Positions 63,608 through 64,000 of a DNA stretch of 64,000 nt are shown in pieces. The notes beneath the pieces are model-generated. The model saw only the letters and a list, made by a program, of their open reading frames with translations. It was not told the DNA's origin and ran no database searches. The DNA lies in the NCBI RefSeq assembly GCF_964213995.1, contig NC_135802.1:39618001-39682000 (forward strand), read 5' to 3'. Within the stretch, counting starts at the first letter, position 1. Every line of letters starts with the position of its first letter. The DNA comes from Mustelus asterias. Its lineage: Eukaryota. The translations under genes and the position numbers were made by a program.

Positions 63608-64000
63608 CACAGTAAGGAGTCTAACAACACCAGGTTAAAGTCCAACAGGTTTATTTGGTAGCAAACGCCACTAGCTTTCGGAGCGCTACTCCTTCGTCAG
63701 ATGGAGTGGAAATCTCAGATTTCATGTCACACTATTTGTAATCCCCACAGCTTGCCTGGACATGCAGAGTCTCACTAGCTGTCCTGTCTGGAGACAATAC
63801 ACATCTCTTTAGCCTGCCTTGATGCTCTCTCCACTCACATTGTTTGTATCTTAAAGACTTGATTAGCTGTAAGTATTCGTATTCCAACCATTATTCATTT
63901 TGAGTTTGTGTCTTTATATGCCCTGTTTGTGAACAGAATTCCCACTCACCTGAAGAAGGGGCTTAAGGCTCCGAAAGCTTGTGTGGCTTTTGCTACCAAA
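63608..64000. mobile_element. Penelope-like inverted insertion #4 (hybrid arms), running off the window end
   Basis: Antisense pLTR arm 63608-~63716 with B-type hammerhead, then sense 3' end from ~63721 (FMSHYL* and UTR) with A-type hammerhead at ~63947-63983. Confidence 0.88.

Noticed and set aside
3278-63660. Recurrent ~100-bp unit (gtggagatgccggcg...ggtagcaaa) as a CRISPR-like or independent SINE repeat
   Set aside because: Dispersed, with no spacers, and matching the 3' pLTR/tail of the PLE at 30407.
46289-64000. A second host gene downstream of MPP7
   Set aside because: No ORF or exon with a recognisable non-TE protein signature was found.

Overview
Vertebrate genomic DNA. The V-SINE/HE1-type SINE and CR1 repeat content points to a cartilaginous fish (shark). 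The window holds the last five coding exons (guanylate-kinase domain and stop) of an MPP7-like MAGUK p55 gene on the + strand (456-46288). Its long introns and 3' flank carry nested CR1 LINEs, tRNA-derived V-SINEs, PIF/Harbinger-like MITEs and Penelope-like elements (PLE: RT + GIY-YIG, Neptune-type, minimal hammerhead ribozymes). The most striking observation is that three independent PLE insertions sit at the same nucleotide of the CR1 reverse-transcriptase gene (W-L-x-x-R motif, after TGG CTN NNN NNN AGA A), in three different CR1 subfamilies and in the same orientation. A fourth CR1 copy has a deletion over that site. The complete PLE insertions are fold-back palindromes with a 33-38-nt one-sided tail, a fixed CTTACT end and 12-bp target duplications. 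One is a hybrid of two PLE subfamilies, and there is also a solo-tail insertion. All calls come from reading the sequence; no database searches were run.
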